DNA of 28,880 nucleotides from Phycisphaerales bacterium. GTDB lineage: Bacteria > Planctomycetota > Phycisphaerae > WQYP01. Shown one piece after another: positions 1 through 9,064 of the stretch. The notes beneath the pieces are model-generated. The model was not told the origin of the DNA. It ran no database searches and saw nothing but the letters and a program-made list of their open reading frames with translations. The position numbers and the translations under genes are program-made. Each line of letters starts with the position of its first letter. The first letter of the stretch is position 1. Location: NCBI GenBank assembly GCA_027451365.1, contig DAIDJN010000066.1, positions 1 through 28,880 on the forward strand. Direction: 5' to 3'.

Positions 1-141
1 GTCGGTCGCAGCCGTGGCGCGGCGGGCGACAAGGCAGCCCCTCCGCTCGCCCTTCGGGCTCCCTGCGGGGCTGCCTTGTTAGGGAGGAAGACTCTCTCTT
101 AGCAAAGCCTGTTTTGCGCCCAGTTGACAGGGAGTACCTCA
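1..141. mobile_element. Right-terminal fragment of an insertion sequence (IS3-family-like end); the transposase is outside the window
   Basis: Ends ...cagTTGACAgggagtacctCA at 141. This has the 5'-TG...CA-3' terminus and an outward-facing TTGACA at 124-129, both typical of IS3-family IRR. A 13-bp perfect subterminal hairpin lies at 29-41/67-79. GH116-like coding similarity starts abruptly at 142. A 16/17 copy of the terminal 17-mer is at 21844-21860. Confidence 0.6.
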
Positions 142-1049
142 GAGATTCCGGAATTCAAGCGGATTACACGCATTGGCTGGATCATGGAAAACGGAGTTTT
201 GAGACTGAATTATGGAACGGCCAGTATTATCAGATGGCTAGAAACACCGCCGCGGGTACTCAAAATACGGGGATTCTTCTGGCGGGAACGGTGGGACAAT
301 GGTTTGCCGACCTATGCGATCTTGGGGACATTCTGCCGCGCGATCATGTGCTATTGCACAACGAAGCCGCGTTCCGCTATTGTCGGCAGAAAACACGTGC
401 CGACATGCCATATGTGAATCCGGATGACGGGATAGCGTATATAAACGGGTTCTGGCCGCACGGGCGAACACCGTCGGGCGAAGGCCAGTGGAGCGGACCA
501 TGGACAGGGATTGAATACATGTTTGCCTCCGCACTGGCATGGCTGAACCGCGCGGATCTGTCCGTTCAGGTTACCACCGATGTATACAACCGCTATGTGA
601 ACAGGCGGGCACCATGGAACCATATTGAATGCGGCGACCACTACTTTCGGCCACTTGGTGTCTGGACTGTACTGCTTGGTTTACAGGGCTTCCGCTGGGA
701 TGCGGGACGCCGGTCACTCGGCTTTGCGCCTCGAATATCTCCGGAAAATCACCGATCCGTTTTTTGCACAAATGCGGGCTGGGGCGAATATTTTGCGACC
801 ACCGTCGGCACGGTGCGTCGACACCGCGTGTTGCACAGGGCTGGGAAGCTGACCCTTTCCGAATTCACTATCGGGCGATCGACAAATGACGGAAAAATGC
901 TTCCCCGCGCGGTGCGGGTGACCTGTGCGGACAGGCGAGTGCCGGTGCAAACAGTCCACACGGCAGATCGGCTTATTTTCGCCTTCCTTCAGCCGTTGCG
1001 GCTGGCACCGAATTCGGCCCTGGATATTTCGTGGCATACCCAAGGTTAA
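142..1049 (+). pseudogene. C-terminal fragment of a GH116-like (GBA2-type) glycoside hydrolase, 5'-truncated by the IS end
   Basis: Motifs Y..WL..GKRSFE.ELWNGQYY, GQWFA..CDLG.ILP, WTGIEY and PWNHIECGDHYFRP match the C-terminal part of the GH116 (alpha/alpha)6 barrel. The N-terminal domain and catalytic residues are absent. The TTG 'start' at 114 lies inside the IS end. Confidence 0.75.
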
Positions 1050-1283
1050 TCTCGGGATAAGCGCAGCAAACCACACCCGGAAGCCGAACGGTCTTGGCCT
1101 TGGTTTGCTAAATAACTTATTTCTGATACATTTTCTTGGCTGCACCCGGTCGGGCTGCGAATCTGCCAATGTGCACGGCGGCCAGCGGCGGACCGTGGCC
1201 CACAACCGCGCGGGCTGTAAATGACTAAGCGGTCGTGATGCAGGCTATATAAATGTTGGAAGTGGCGTTTGAGGATCATAACA

Positions 1284-2303
1284 ATGCGAATACCAAAAAA
1301 AATGACGGGCTTGGCACTTTGCGGAATGTTGACGATCAGCACTCTGGCAGGCTGCTCAAAATCCGCGAAAAGCGGTTCCTCCGCGAATGCATCCACGCAG
1401 GGCGGCACCACCCCGCGACTCCGTATCGCGGTCATTCCGAAGGGCCACACCGATGTTTACTGGAAGTATGTACACGCCGGAGCCGCGGCGGCGGGTCGGA
1501 AATTAAACGTGAAAATTCTGTTTCAGGGGCCGTCGCAGGATGGGGACCGAGCGGCGGAAATTTCTCTGATGCGCAACTTCGTTACCCAGGGCGTCAACGG
1601 CATTGTGCTCGCACCTGTGGACAGCCGAGCGCTGGTGCCGTCGGTTAAACTTGCAGATGCAGCGCACATTCCGGTGGTGATTATCGACTCTGCCCTCAGG
1701 GCAACGCCAGGCAAGGATTACGTGAGTTTTGTGGCAACCAACAATTTCAAGGCCGGCGAAATTGCCGGGAAAGCCTTGGCCGGAGAACTGCATGACCATG
1801 GCAATGTGGTGATCCTGCGGTTCATTGTGGGTTCCGCAAGCACCGACGCCCGAGCCGCGGGCTGTCTGGCGGTACTCAAAAAATATCCCGGTATTAAAAT
1901 TATCGCCAATCAGCGCGGTGGCGCCACAGCGGGCAAATGCAAGGCGGTGGCTCTGAGCCTGGCCGACAGCCTGCGGCATGCCGATGGCATTTTTGCCGCC
2001 AACGAAACCACCACGTTCGGCATGTATCTGGCGCTGCAACAGCTTGGTCTGCTAGGCCAAAAGAAATTTGTGGGATTTGACTGGCAGTCAAATTTTAAGA
2101 AGCCGATTGAAAAGGGGGAGATTAACGGAGTGGTGGTTCAGGATCCATACAACATGGCGTACCTGGGAGTGACCTATCTGGTCAACGATATTCGTGGCCA
2201 AAAACCACCCGTTGAATTTGACACCCCCGCGATGCTGGTGACCCCGGCCAACATTCATACACCAGCAATAAAAAAACTTATTAACTTACCGCCCATCCAG
2301 TAA
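1284..2303 (+). CDS. Monosaccharide ABC transporter substrate-binding lipoprotein (RbsB/CUT2 type)
   Basis: Lipobox LAGC; IAVIPKG...YWKYVHAGA, GIVLAPVD, IPVVIIDS, FVATNNFKAG, VGFD, VVQDPYNMAY. GAGGA at 1271-1275 favours ATG 1284. Confidence 0.92.
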   Translation: MRIPKKMTGLALCGMLTISTLAGCSKSAKSGSSANASTQGGTTPRLRIAVIPKGHTDVYWKYVHAGAAAAGRKLNVKILFQGPSQDGDRAAEISLMRNFVTQGVNGIVLAPVDSRALVPSVKLADAAHIPVVIIDSALRATPGKDYVSFVATNNFKAGEIAGKALAGELHDHGNVVILRFIVGSASTDARAAGCLAVLKKYPGIKIIANQRGGATAGKCKAVALSLADSLRHADGIFAANETTTFGMYLALQQLGLLGQKKFVGFDWQSNFKKPIEKGEINGVVVQDPYNMAYLGVTYLVNDIRGQKPPVEFDTPAMLVTPANIHTPAIKKLINLPPIQ

Positions 2304-2326
2304 CGCGGTCTGCCGCGGCCAACAGG

Positions 2327-2352
2327 AAGTCCCCGAAGGTGGCGGGATTTTT
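2327..2352 (+). terminator. Weak intergenic hairpin after the SBP gene (possible mRNA stabiliser or partial terminator)
   Basis: aagtccc (2327-2333) pairs with gggattt (2344-2350), with one G-U pair, followed by a short T run. Such hairpins are common after ABC SBP genes. Confidence 0.3.
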
Positions 2353-2361
2353 GGGTGTTCC

Positions 2362-3873
2362 ATGACCAGTACGACCATCGACTCGACTTCTGAATCCGCA
2401 CCCCTTCTGCGCATGGTGGGGATTCGCAAGCGCTTTGGCGCCACCCAGGCGCTGGATGGCGTGAACCTTTATGTGAACGCTGGTGAAGTTCTGGCGCTGG
2501 TTGGCGAAAACGGCGCGGGCAAAAGCACACTTATGAAAACCCTGTCGGGAGCCCACCGACCGGATGAGGGGGAAATGTTCCTTCAGGGACGCCCCTATCA
2601 GCCACGAGACCCAATGGATGCCCGTCGGCAAGGCGTGGCGATGATCTATCAGGAACTATCTCTGGCCCCGCACCTGTCGGTCATGGAAAATATTGTACTG
2701 GGCATGGAACCCCGACGCGGCCCGCTTATGGCCTGGCGGACAATCCGTCAGATCGCGCGAAAGGCCATGGAACAGCTTGGAAGGCCGGACATTCCGGTCG
2801 ACGCGCCGGTCGGGCGACTTTCAATTGCCGACCGGCAGCTTGTGGAAATTGGCCGGGCCACGGCCGTGGGTTGCAAAGTGGTGGTATTGGACGAGCCGAC
2901 AAGTTCGCTGACCAGTCGCGATATTGAGGGACTTTTCACGCTGATATGCCGTCTGCGAGAGCAAGGTCATGGAATTATTTACATTTCACATTTTCTTGAA
3001 GAAGTGAAAGAAATTGCCAGTCGCTTCACTGTGCTGCGCGATGGAAAAAGCGTAGGAGGCGGCACGACGGCGGAGGTTTCCACCGATGACATTATTTCAC
3101 TTATGGTCGGCCGCCAAGTGGAGGATCTGTACCCACGGTCCACCCATCAGCCCGGAAAGGTTATTCTGACTATCGACAATCTGGCGGGGAAAGTCAAACC
3201 GGCCAGTGCATCCTTAAGTCTGCACCGGGGAGAAGTTCTGGGAATCGCTGGCCTGGTGGGCGCGGGCCGCACGGAACTGGTTCGGGCACTTTTCGGGCTG
3301 GACCCGGTTCGCACTGGCGAAGTAAAACTCGGAATTCACACCGGGCATGCCTCGCCGGCACATCGCTGGAGCCAGGGCATGGGAATGGTCAGCGAAGACC
3401 GAAAAACCGAGGGCTTGGCGCTGGGGCTTAGTATTGCGGATAATCTGACACTTTCCAGACTGCGGCGATTTGTTTCGCCTTCCGGCCTGGCTATGGAAAG
3501 CCGCCACTGGATTGATGTCATGGCCGTGCGGTGCAATGGGCCGACACAGATCATCGGCGACCTTTCCGGGGGAAATCAGCAGAAAGTGGCGATTGGCCGG
3601 CTGCTGCACCATGGCGTGGATGTCCTGTTGCTGGACGAGCCGACACGTGGTATTGATGTAGGCAGCAAGGCGCAGATATATAAATTGATCGACGAACTGG
3701 CGCTGGACGGAAAGGCAGTCCTTCTTGTAAGCAGTTATCTGCCCGAACTGATGGGCGTATGTGACCGCGTGGCCGTCATGTGCCGAGGCGTGTTAGGCCC
3801 CGCGCACCCCGTAAAGGAAACTACCGAGGAGCAAATTATGCTGGAAGCAACCGGAGCAGGGGCCACACCATGA
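2362..3873 (+). CDS. Sugar ABC transporter ATP-binding protein with tandem NBDs (RbsA/MglA type)
   Basis: Walker A GENGAGKST, IYQELSL, VVLDEPTSSL, IIYISH; second domain GLVGAGRTEL, SEDRKTEGL, LSGGNQQKV, LLLDEPTRGIDVG. Confidence 0.95.
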   Translation: MTSTTIDSTSESAPLLRMVGIRKRFGATQALDGVNLYVNAGEVLALVGENGAGKSTLMKTLSGAHRPDEGEMFLQGRPYQPRDPMDARRQGVAMIYQELSLAPHLSVMENIVLGMEPRRGPLMAWRTIRQIARKAMEQLGRPDIPVDAPVGRLSIADRQLVEIGRATAVGCKVVVLDEPTSSLTSRDIEGLFTLICRLREQGHGIIYISHFLEEVKEIASRFTVLRDGKSVGGGTTAEVSTDDIISLMVGRQVEDLYPRSTHQPGKVILTIDNLAGKVKPASASLSLHRGEVLGIAGLVGAGRTELVRALFGLDPVRTGEVKLGIHTGHASPAHRWSQGMGMVSEDRKTEGLALGLSIADNLTLSRLRRFVSPSGLAMESRHWIDVMAVRCNGPTQIIGDLSGGNQQKVAIGRLLHHGVDVLLLDEPTRGIDVGSKAQIYKLIDELALDGKAVLLVSSYLPELMGVCDRVAVMCRGVLGPAHPVKETTEEQIMLEATGAGATP

Positions 3874-4862
3874 GACAATCAGCCAAGACCACACCCATAC
3901 AAAATACAGTCGCACTGGCAAGGCGACTTGGCATTTTGAATATCCTTGGTCCCATCATCGGCCTGGTGCTGGTGGCCGTACTGTTTTCAGCGCTTCGGCC
4001 GCATACCTTTCCTACCGCCGCCAACGCTTCGCAGATACTTCTGCAAAGTGTTGTCGTGGCGGTTGCGGCGCTGGGCACGACACCCATTATTATTGCCGCC
4101 GGTATTGATATTTCCATCGGTGCCACAATAGCGGTGGTGTCGGTGGCGGTGGCCCTGATGCTTAACGCCCACTGGCCACCGCTGCTGGCCGCGTTTGGCG
4201 GCGTTGGGGTTGGAGCAATGTGTGGTCTGTTCAACGGTGGTTGCGTGACCCTGCTGGGCCTGAATCCGTTTATTGTGACGCTGGGTACCTTCCTGGCGTT
4301 TCGCGGTGTTGCGGATGTGCTGGGTGATGAAAGTGAAGTTTATACCCATTCCAACTGGCTTAACGGACTCATGAATCCGGCAAAGGCGTTTTTCCTGCCT
4401 TGGGGCGTCTGGATCATGCTGGTTCTTGCGGGACTGCTGATTCTGGTGCTTCGCTTTACCCGCTTCGGAAGGCACATTTTTGCGATTGGCTCCAACGAAC
4501 AGACCGCGCGGCTCTGCGGAATTGCCGTTAATCGCGTTAAAATATGGTTATATATACTAGGCGGAGCGTTTTCCGGCATCGCTGGCGTGCTGATGTTTTC
4601 TAATGAAAACGGCACCGGCGATCCGACCACATCCAAAAATACGCCGCTGACCGCCATTGCCGCCGCGGTCATTGGCGGCGCCAGTCTGACGGGTGGCCAG
4701 GGTTCAGTTATTGGAACGGTCATTGGGGCTATGTTTATCATGGCCATTCGCAATGGATGCGTGCAGATTAACCTGCCCCACGGTTATCAAAATATCGTCA
4801 CCGGTCTTATTATTATCGTGGCAGTACTCATGGACCGCCTGCGTAACCGCGGAAAATCCTAA
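3870..4862 (+). CDS. Sugar ABC transporter permease (RbsC type)
   Basis: IIIAAGIDISIG, NPFIVTLG..RG, TRFGRHIFAIGSNEQTARLCGI, AIAAAVIGGASLTGG.GS. ATG 3870 overlaps the ATPase TGA (ATGA coupling). Confidence 0.93.
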   Translation: MRQSAKTTPIQNTVALARRLGILNILGPIIGLVLVAVLFSALRPHTFPTAANASQILLQSVVVAVAALGTTPIIIAAGIDISIGATIAVVSVAVALMLNAHWPPLLAAFGGVGVGAMCGLFNGGCVTLLGLNPFIVTLGTFLAFRGVADVLGDESEVYTHSNWLNGLMNPAKAFFLPWGVWIMLVLAGLLILVLRFTRFGRHIFAIGSNEQTARLCGIAVNRVKIWLYILGGAFSGIAGVLMFSNENGTGDPTTSKNTPLTAIAAAVIGGASLTGGQGSVIGTVIGAMFIMAIRNGCVQINLPHGYQNIVTGLIIIVAVLMDRLRNRGKS

Positions 4863-4872
4863 ACATAATTTC

Positions 4873-5937
4873 TTACGATACAGTCTGGGCAGCGAACATC
4901 CGCTCTCGCCGCCTGTTTAAAAGCCAAGCCGCCGCGAACCCGACGGCAAAGAGCGCCACAGCCAATAACCCAAGACCTTCCCAATTGCCAGCACCATTGA
5001 CCGATCGCACCAGTCGCCACAACCAGCCATGCAGTTTCCATTGCGACCGCGCCACATCAAGCGATTCAATGAGCGCGACGCTTAATGCCAGAATAATGGA
5101 CAGCCCGGTCATGGTCAGGTTATAGATGGCTTTACGCATTGGGTGAATCAACGCCCAGCCATATGCCTGACACATCAATATGCCGTCGGCTGTATCCACC
5201 AGAGTCATACCGGCAGTAAACAGTGCGGGAAAAAGCATAATGGACCAGATAGGCAAATGATTGACCGCAGCCGCGGCCGCGATTCCCAGCAGGCCGATTT
5301 CTGTTGCAGTATCAAAGCCCAGGCCAAATAACACCCCGACCGGATACATTTGCCAACCGGCCCTGACACAACGAAGCAGCGGGCGCAACAGGCGCGTAAG
5401 CGGCCCGACCGTGCCACCAGCCGCATTGCCGCCATTTGCGTGGCCGGGGTTTCGCATAAGGTCAATTGTCTGCCTGAGCACAAGCAGATTGGCCATCGCG
5501 ATGCCAAAAAGAAAAATCGCCGAAACCGCCGTGCCAATCACCGCACCAGTGGATTCCAGGGCGGGAAAACTGCGTTGTGCGTGCGTAAATCCCGCCGCAA
5601 CCATTATCGAAAGCAGAACCACAATTGTTGAATGCCCCAGCGAGAAAAAAAGGCCTGCAGTGAGGGCTGGTTTTTTTTCTGCCACAAGTCTGCGTGTGAC
5701 ATTATCAATTGCCGCAATATGATCCGCATCCAGAGCGTGACGCAGTCCGAACAAATACGCCATAAAAGCCGTGGTCAGCAGAATATTCCGTTCGCGAAAA
5801 GTGAACAGTGCGGCAATCCAGATCAGCACGTTGCCCGTTATAATTGTGCCTGTCAGAATTACGGCGCGCCGCTGCTGTCGAACGAAGTTCATCGGACCCG
5901 ATTTTATGGCGGATGCGGATATATGTGGGATCGTCAT
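4873..5937 (-). CDS. High-affinity nickel/cobalt permease, NiCoT family (HoxN/NixA/HupN)
   Basis: Family signatures GLRHALDADHIAAIDN, FFSLGHSTIV, LFGLGFDTATEI, LFTAGMTLVDTADG and YNLTMT. GGAG lies upstream of ATG 5937. The gene converges on the ABC permease with only 10 bp between stop codons. Confidence 0.93.
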   Translation of the reverse strand: MTIPHISASAIKSGPMNFVRQQRRAVILTGTIITGNVLIWIAALFTFRERNILLTTAFMAYLFGLRHALDADHIAAIDNVTRRLVAEKKPALTAGLFFSLGHSTIVVLLSIMVAAGFTHAQRSFPALESTGAVIGTAVSAIFLFGIAMANLLVLRQTIDLMRNPGHANGGNAAGGTVGPLTRLLRPLLRCVRAGWQMYPVGVLFGLGFDTATEIGLLGIAAAAAVNHLPIWSIMLFPALFTAGMTLVDTADGILMCQAYGWALIHPMRKAIYNLTMTGLSIILALSVALIESLDVARSQWKLHGWLWRLVRSVNGAGNWEGLGLLAVALFAVGFAAAWLLNRRRERMFAAQTVS

Positions 5938-6011
5938 GACTCTTATAACTCCGTGCACCCAGTAACGCAGCGCTGGCAATGTATACCGCCCTGCCTTGAT
6001 TTTTAGCCCGC

Positions 6012-6089
6012 GCGCTATAGCTGGCACTCAGGTCGCCCGGTAATCTGCCAGGAGTCCGGCCGCCTTGCCGCTGAATGGATAATAGCCGC
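6012..6089 (-). ncRNA. Candidate structured cis-regulatory RNA (three-way junction) upstream of the NiCoT gene
   Basis: Minus strand reads GCUAU uauc CAUUCAG CGGC aaggcg GCCG gacu CCUGG cagauua CCGGG cgac CUGAGUG ccagcu AUAGC, giving four nested helices. Two positions are G-U pairs on the minus strand but mismatches on the plus strand. Confidence 0.35.
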
Positions 6090-6174
6090 TGACCTTCGTG
6101 CGATAAAGAGGCATTTCCCGCAAGATGTAATAGGAGAATTTCCCACAATGAAATAATTTAATCCGTGAGGAAAT

Positions 6175-7374
6175 TTACGGCCGATGCGCGGTGGCAAGCC
6201 GTTTGCGAACCAGACCGACAAAGAGATCAGCCTGCCGATCGATGGTGAAATGGGACAGGGCATGCGCGCGGGCGGCCTGCCGCATTTGGTTCCATCGCGG
6301 GCGGTCGGCAATCGCTCTTTTTAATCCAGCCTGCATAGATTCAGATGTCACTTCCGGAATATGCCAGCCGGTTTTTCCGTCAATAACGGTCTCCTTTGGA
6401 CCGCCGGCGGCATGAACCAGAATGGGGCGTTCCATCATCATGGCTTCTACCACTGAAAGGCCGAAAGATTCCGCACCGAGCAATGCATTAATTGGTATAT
6501 CTATGATTCCATAAAGTGTTTCCGGCCGTTCAACTTCGCCTACCAGATGCAGCCGCTGCGTAAAATGATTTGCCGCGGCAATCTTTTTTATTTCCATCAG
6601 ATAAGCGTCATCAGCGCCAGATAGTGTTCCGCCCGCCAGAATAAGATGCACGTTTGAATATTCCTTCCCAAGTGCGCCGACTGCCTGAATGACCTGAAGC
6701 TGCCCTTTGGCGGGGCGGAGTCGTGCAACCATGCCCAGCACAATCGCATCTTCGGCGATACCAAACTCTTGTCGCGACCGGAATTTTACGACTTTTGGAT
6801 TAAATCGCTCGGGATCTACTCCGAGGTACATGACGATTGGCTTTACCGGTTTATCGCCAAGTCTAGAGGCGGTAAATTGGCTGTTGGCCAGCGGAGTGAT
6901 GCCATATTTAGCCAATTGTCGCTGCCGGATGCGCCGATTGATGGCAAATGGATATTTCCCCAGAACGACGGGCATTTCCCATGTGCATGGGATAGCGGCC
7001 TGAACTGCGGCCCGGCCAGCCACATCAATCAGATTCGGCCAGATAAAATGCAGCCAGTCCGCCTGACATTCCTGAACAGCAGCGGCAACGGTTGGTGCGG
7101 CCTTTCGGCTAAAGGCGGACAATTTCATTGTCAACCGGATTTTTTTGAGAATATTCCCGGTCAGCGATGGTGGCAGCGGCAATCCCAAAGTTTTGACAAT
7201 TAGCCCCGATTGACGGCATTTTCCGGCAAACGGCCCATCGCTTAATGCAAGCATGACGGGCATGACACCACGCTGCCGCACCGCAGCAGCCAGACCTTGC
7301 ACAGCCTGGGCCACACCCCATTGCTCATCACCACGAATCAGCCACGCGATTCGCGGACAATCCAAACCCGACAT
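6175..7374 (-). CDS. Glycosyltransferase family 4 (GT-B fold)
   Basis: ANSQFTA, YLGVDPERF, GMVARL.P.KGQ, and the ExxxxxxxE motif ESFGLSVVEAM, then GGPKETVIDGKTG. GGAG lies upstream of ATG 7374. Confidence 0.9.
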   Translation of the reverse strand: MSGLDCPRIAWLIRGDEQWGVAQAVQGLAAAVRQRGVMPVMLALSDGPFAGKCRQSGLIVKTLGLPLPPSLTGNILKKIRLTMKLSAFSRKAAPTVAAAVQECQADWLHFIWPNLIDVAGRAAVQAAIPCTWEMPVVLGKYPFAINRRIRQRQLAKYGITPLANSQFTASRLGDKPVKPIVMYLGVDPERFNPKVVKFRSRQEFGIAEDAIVLGMVARLRPAKGQLQVIQAVGALGKEYSNVHLILAGGTLSGADDAYLMEIKKIAAANHFTQRLHLVGEVERPETLYGIIDIPINALLGAESFGLSVVEAMMMERPILVHAAGGPKETVIDGKTGWHIPEVTSESMQAGLKRAIADRPRWNQMRQAARAHALSHFTIDRQADLFVGLVRKRLATAHRP

Positions 7375-7829
7375 CAGAGAGACTCCAGAAAATGATCGTA
7401 GGCGACATGCTAGCGTCAATGAAGCCGGTTCGCAAATCTTTGGGGTAATAGTGCCAAAATATATGTCGCCTGTGGTGTAGCCGCCGCATATCCGAGGGCA
7501 ATGCCGCCGCCACGAGGTGTTTGGCCAGGGGACGGCTGGCAAGTTGCCCGAGTAGTTGCGATGGCGACTGCCAGATTCATCGGGATTGGCAATCTGATTA
7601 AAGAAATTTTGGATGCCCAGCCGATAATATTTGCGAGGGTTTGTTCCCAGTCGGACTTTGGCCGATCAGTTTGTTGGAGAATCGAACCGTTGAATAAATC
7701 CAAGGCGACACTTTTCTGTGCGGGGCACCGTGCAGTGGCATTTGTCTGTGCTTTTGAAAAAAAGGCAGATGCGCATATCGATAATTCATTGCCCTGGTTA
7801 GGTATACGCACCCAAAAAGCCGGGGCTGA

Positions 7830-8819
7830 ATGATGACCGCAGGCCATTCTCCGGTAAGAGCGTCCACCGACGGTTTACAAACCGTCAAACCAGCCCGGCT
7901 GGGGATCGCGCCTTCGGCTCTTCTGGCCTCCATTACTTCCTGCTTTCGCATAGGGCCTAAATCACTGCCCAGGTTATCTCATAACCGAACACTGACTTCA
8001 GACATTTCCATGCAGGTGAACCCTGTTTCCAGTTGTATGGATATGCATCCGCCAATTCAAGGCCAGATAATGGTAGAAATAGGCTGCGTCGATTTTGCGG
8101 CATGCCTAAGCACCGCTGAACTTCTTGGGCCGCACGGAAAGCTGGTCGCTATCGATTCAAGTCCGGCAACCGTTGCGGCGGCGCGCAAGCAGGCGGCCAG
8201 CACCGGCACGGCCAATGTTGAATTTCATCTTTGTCGGATCGATTCGATTCCGCTGTCATCAAGCACCTGCGACTGGGTTATCAGTCGGGCACCAGTTTGT
8301 ATGGCGGGCAGTCGAATGGCGGTACTTCGGGAAATTTCCCGCGTGCTTAAGCCGGGTGGGAACATGATTCTTCACGATGTGGCAATCAAGCGACTTCTGC
8401 CGCCGGAACTTGCCGAAACGCTGACCGCCCATAGTTATGGCCTGTCCGGCGCAATTGAGCCGAACAGCTACGAAAAATTGCTGCTTAAAGCCGGACTTAG
8501 TGGAATTCAAATGGAACTTTACGACCTGGGCCACCATATTCATCAGATTTTTGAACCGGCGAATGGCCGAAAGCCCACGCAAAACAATCCGGTAAGTCGA
8601 ACCATGGGTGTCGATGGCCCTACCCTGCGGTGGGCCAGCGGCGCGAATGCTGCCGCAACGGCAACGCATGTCTCGCTGCGGCAGCGAGGCATACCCCCCC
8701 CATTGGCATCATGGCATTCCGACGGTCAGACTGGACATAAATTAGCGGATTATCTGACGGCTATCCGCATCCGCGCCCAGCGAATTGAATCGGCTTCGGA
8801 CCGGCCGGCGCACTTTTGA
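7830..8819 (+). CDS. Class I SAM-methyltransferase fold protein, ArsM (arsenite methyltransferase)-like but degenerate; start uncertain
   Basis: LGPHGKLVAID.SP..VAAARKQA...G.ANVEFHL..IDSIPL....CDWVIS and LREISRVLKPGG.MILHDVAIKR.LPPEL match the ArsM layout. The glycine-rich motif I and the catalytic Cys positions appear substituted. Confidence 0.7.
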   Translation: MMTAGHSPVRASTDGLQTVKPARLGIAPSALLASITSCFRIGPKSLPRLSHNRTLTSDISMQVNPVSSCMDMHPPIQGQIMVEIGCVDFAACLSTAELLGPHGKLVAIDSSPATVAAARKQAASTGTANVEFHLCRIDSIPLSSSTCDWVISRAPVCMAGSRMAVLREISRVLKPGGNMILHDVAIKRLLPPELAETLTAHSYGLSGAIEPNSYEKLLLKAGLSGIQMELYDLGHHIHQIFEPANGRKPTQNNPVSRTMGVDGPTLRWASGANAAATATHVSLRQRGIPPPLASWHSDGQTGHKLADYLTAIRIRAQRIESASDRPAHF

Positions 8820-9064
8820 TCGCCTTTTAAAGTCTTCGGTAATCATATACATGGAATCGACTTGCGAATGGTCTGGTGCGACCTCAAAAAGCATTTGCGC
8901 CAGGAAACCCCGCACCTGATCGTTTACATTATTTTTGCACATGGTTCTGAGTCTCCCCAGGCCACATTGGCCACATTGTCTTTTGCGGACGGCACAATTG
9001 GTTTATACTGTTTTGAGCCGATAAGTATCTATTGAAATCTGCGTATTTGGATCGGAATATCAAT

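Noticed and set aside
114..141. TTG start of the 311-aa ORF as a real gene start
   Set aside because: It lies inside the putative IS end and the product begins mid-domain of GH116.
124..152. Hybrid promoter from the IS outward TTGACA
   Set aside because: The hexamer 17 bp downstream is tccgga, which is not a plausible -10.
6044..6064. gccaggagtccggcc resembles the 3' end of a cobalamin riboswitch
   Set aside because: It is on the wrong strand for the NiCoT gene, and the upstream GGGAA/GCCACUG/GGGAAG elements are missing.
7501..7833. 110-aa ORF overlapping the methyltransferase start (ATGA)
   Set aside because: No recognisable motif, and competing ORFs of similar length lie on the opposite strand. 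It cannot be supported from sequence alone.
8959..8978. Tandem 9-bp repeat ggccacatt x2 upstream of the orphan gene
   Set aside because: Only two units; it could be a chance slippage duplication and nothing else supports a function.
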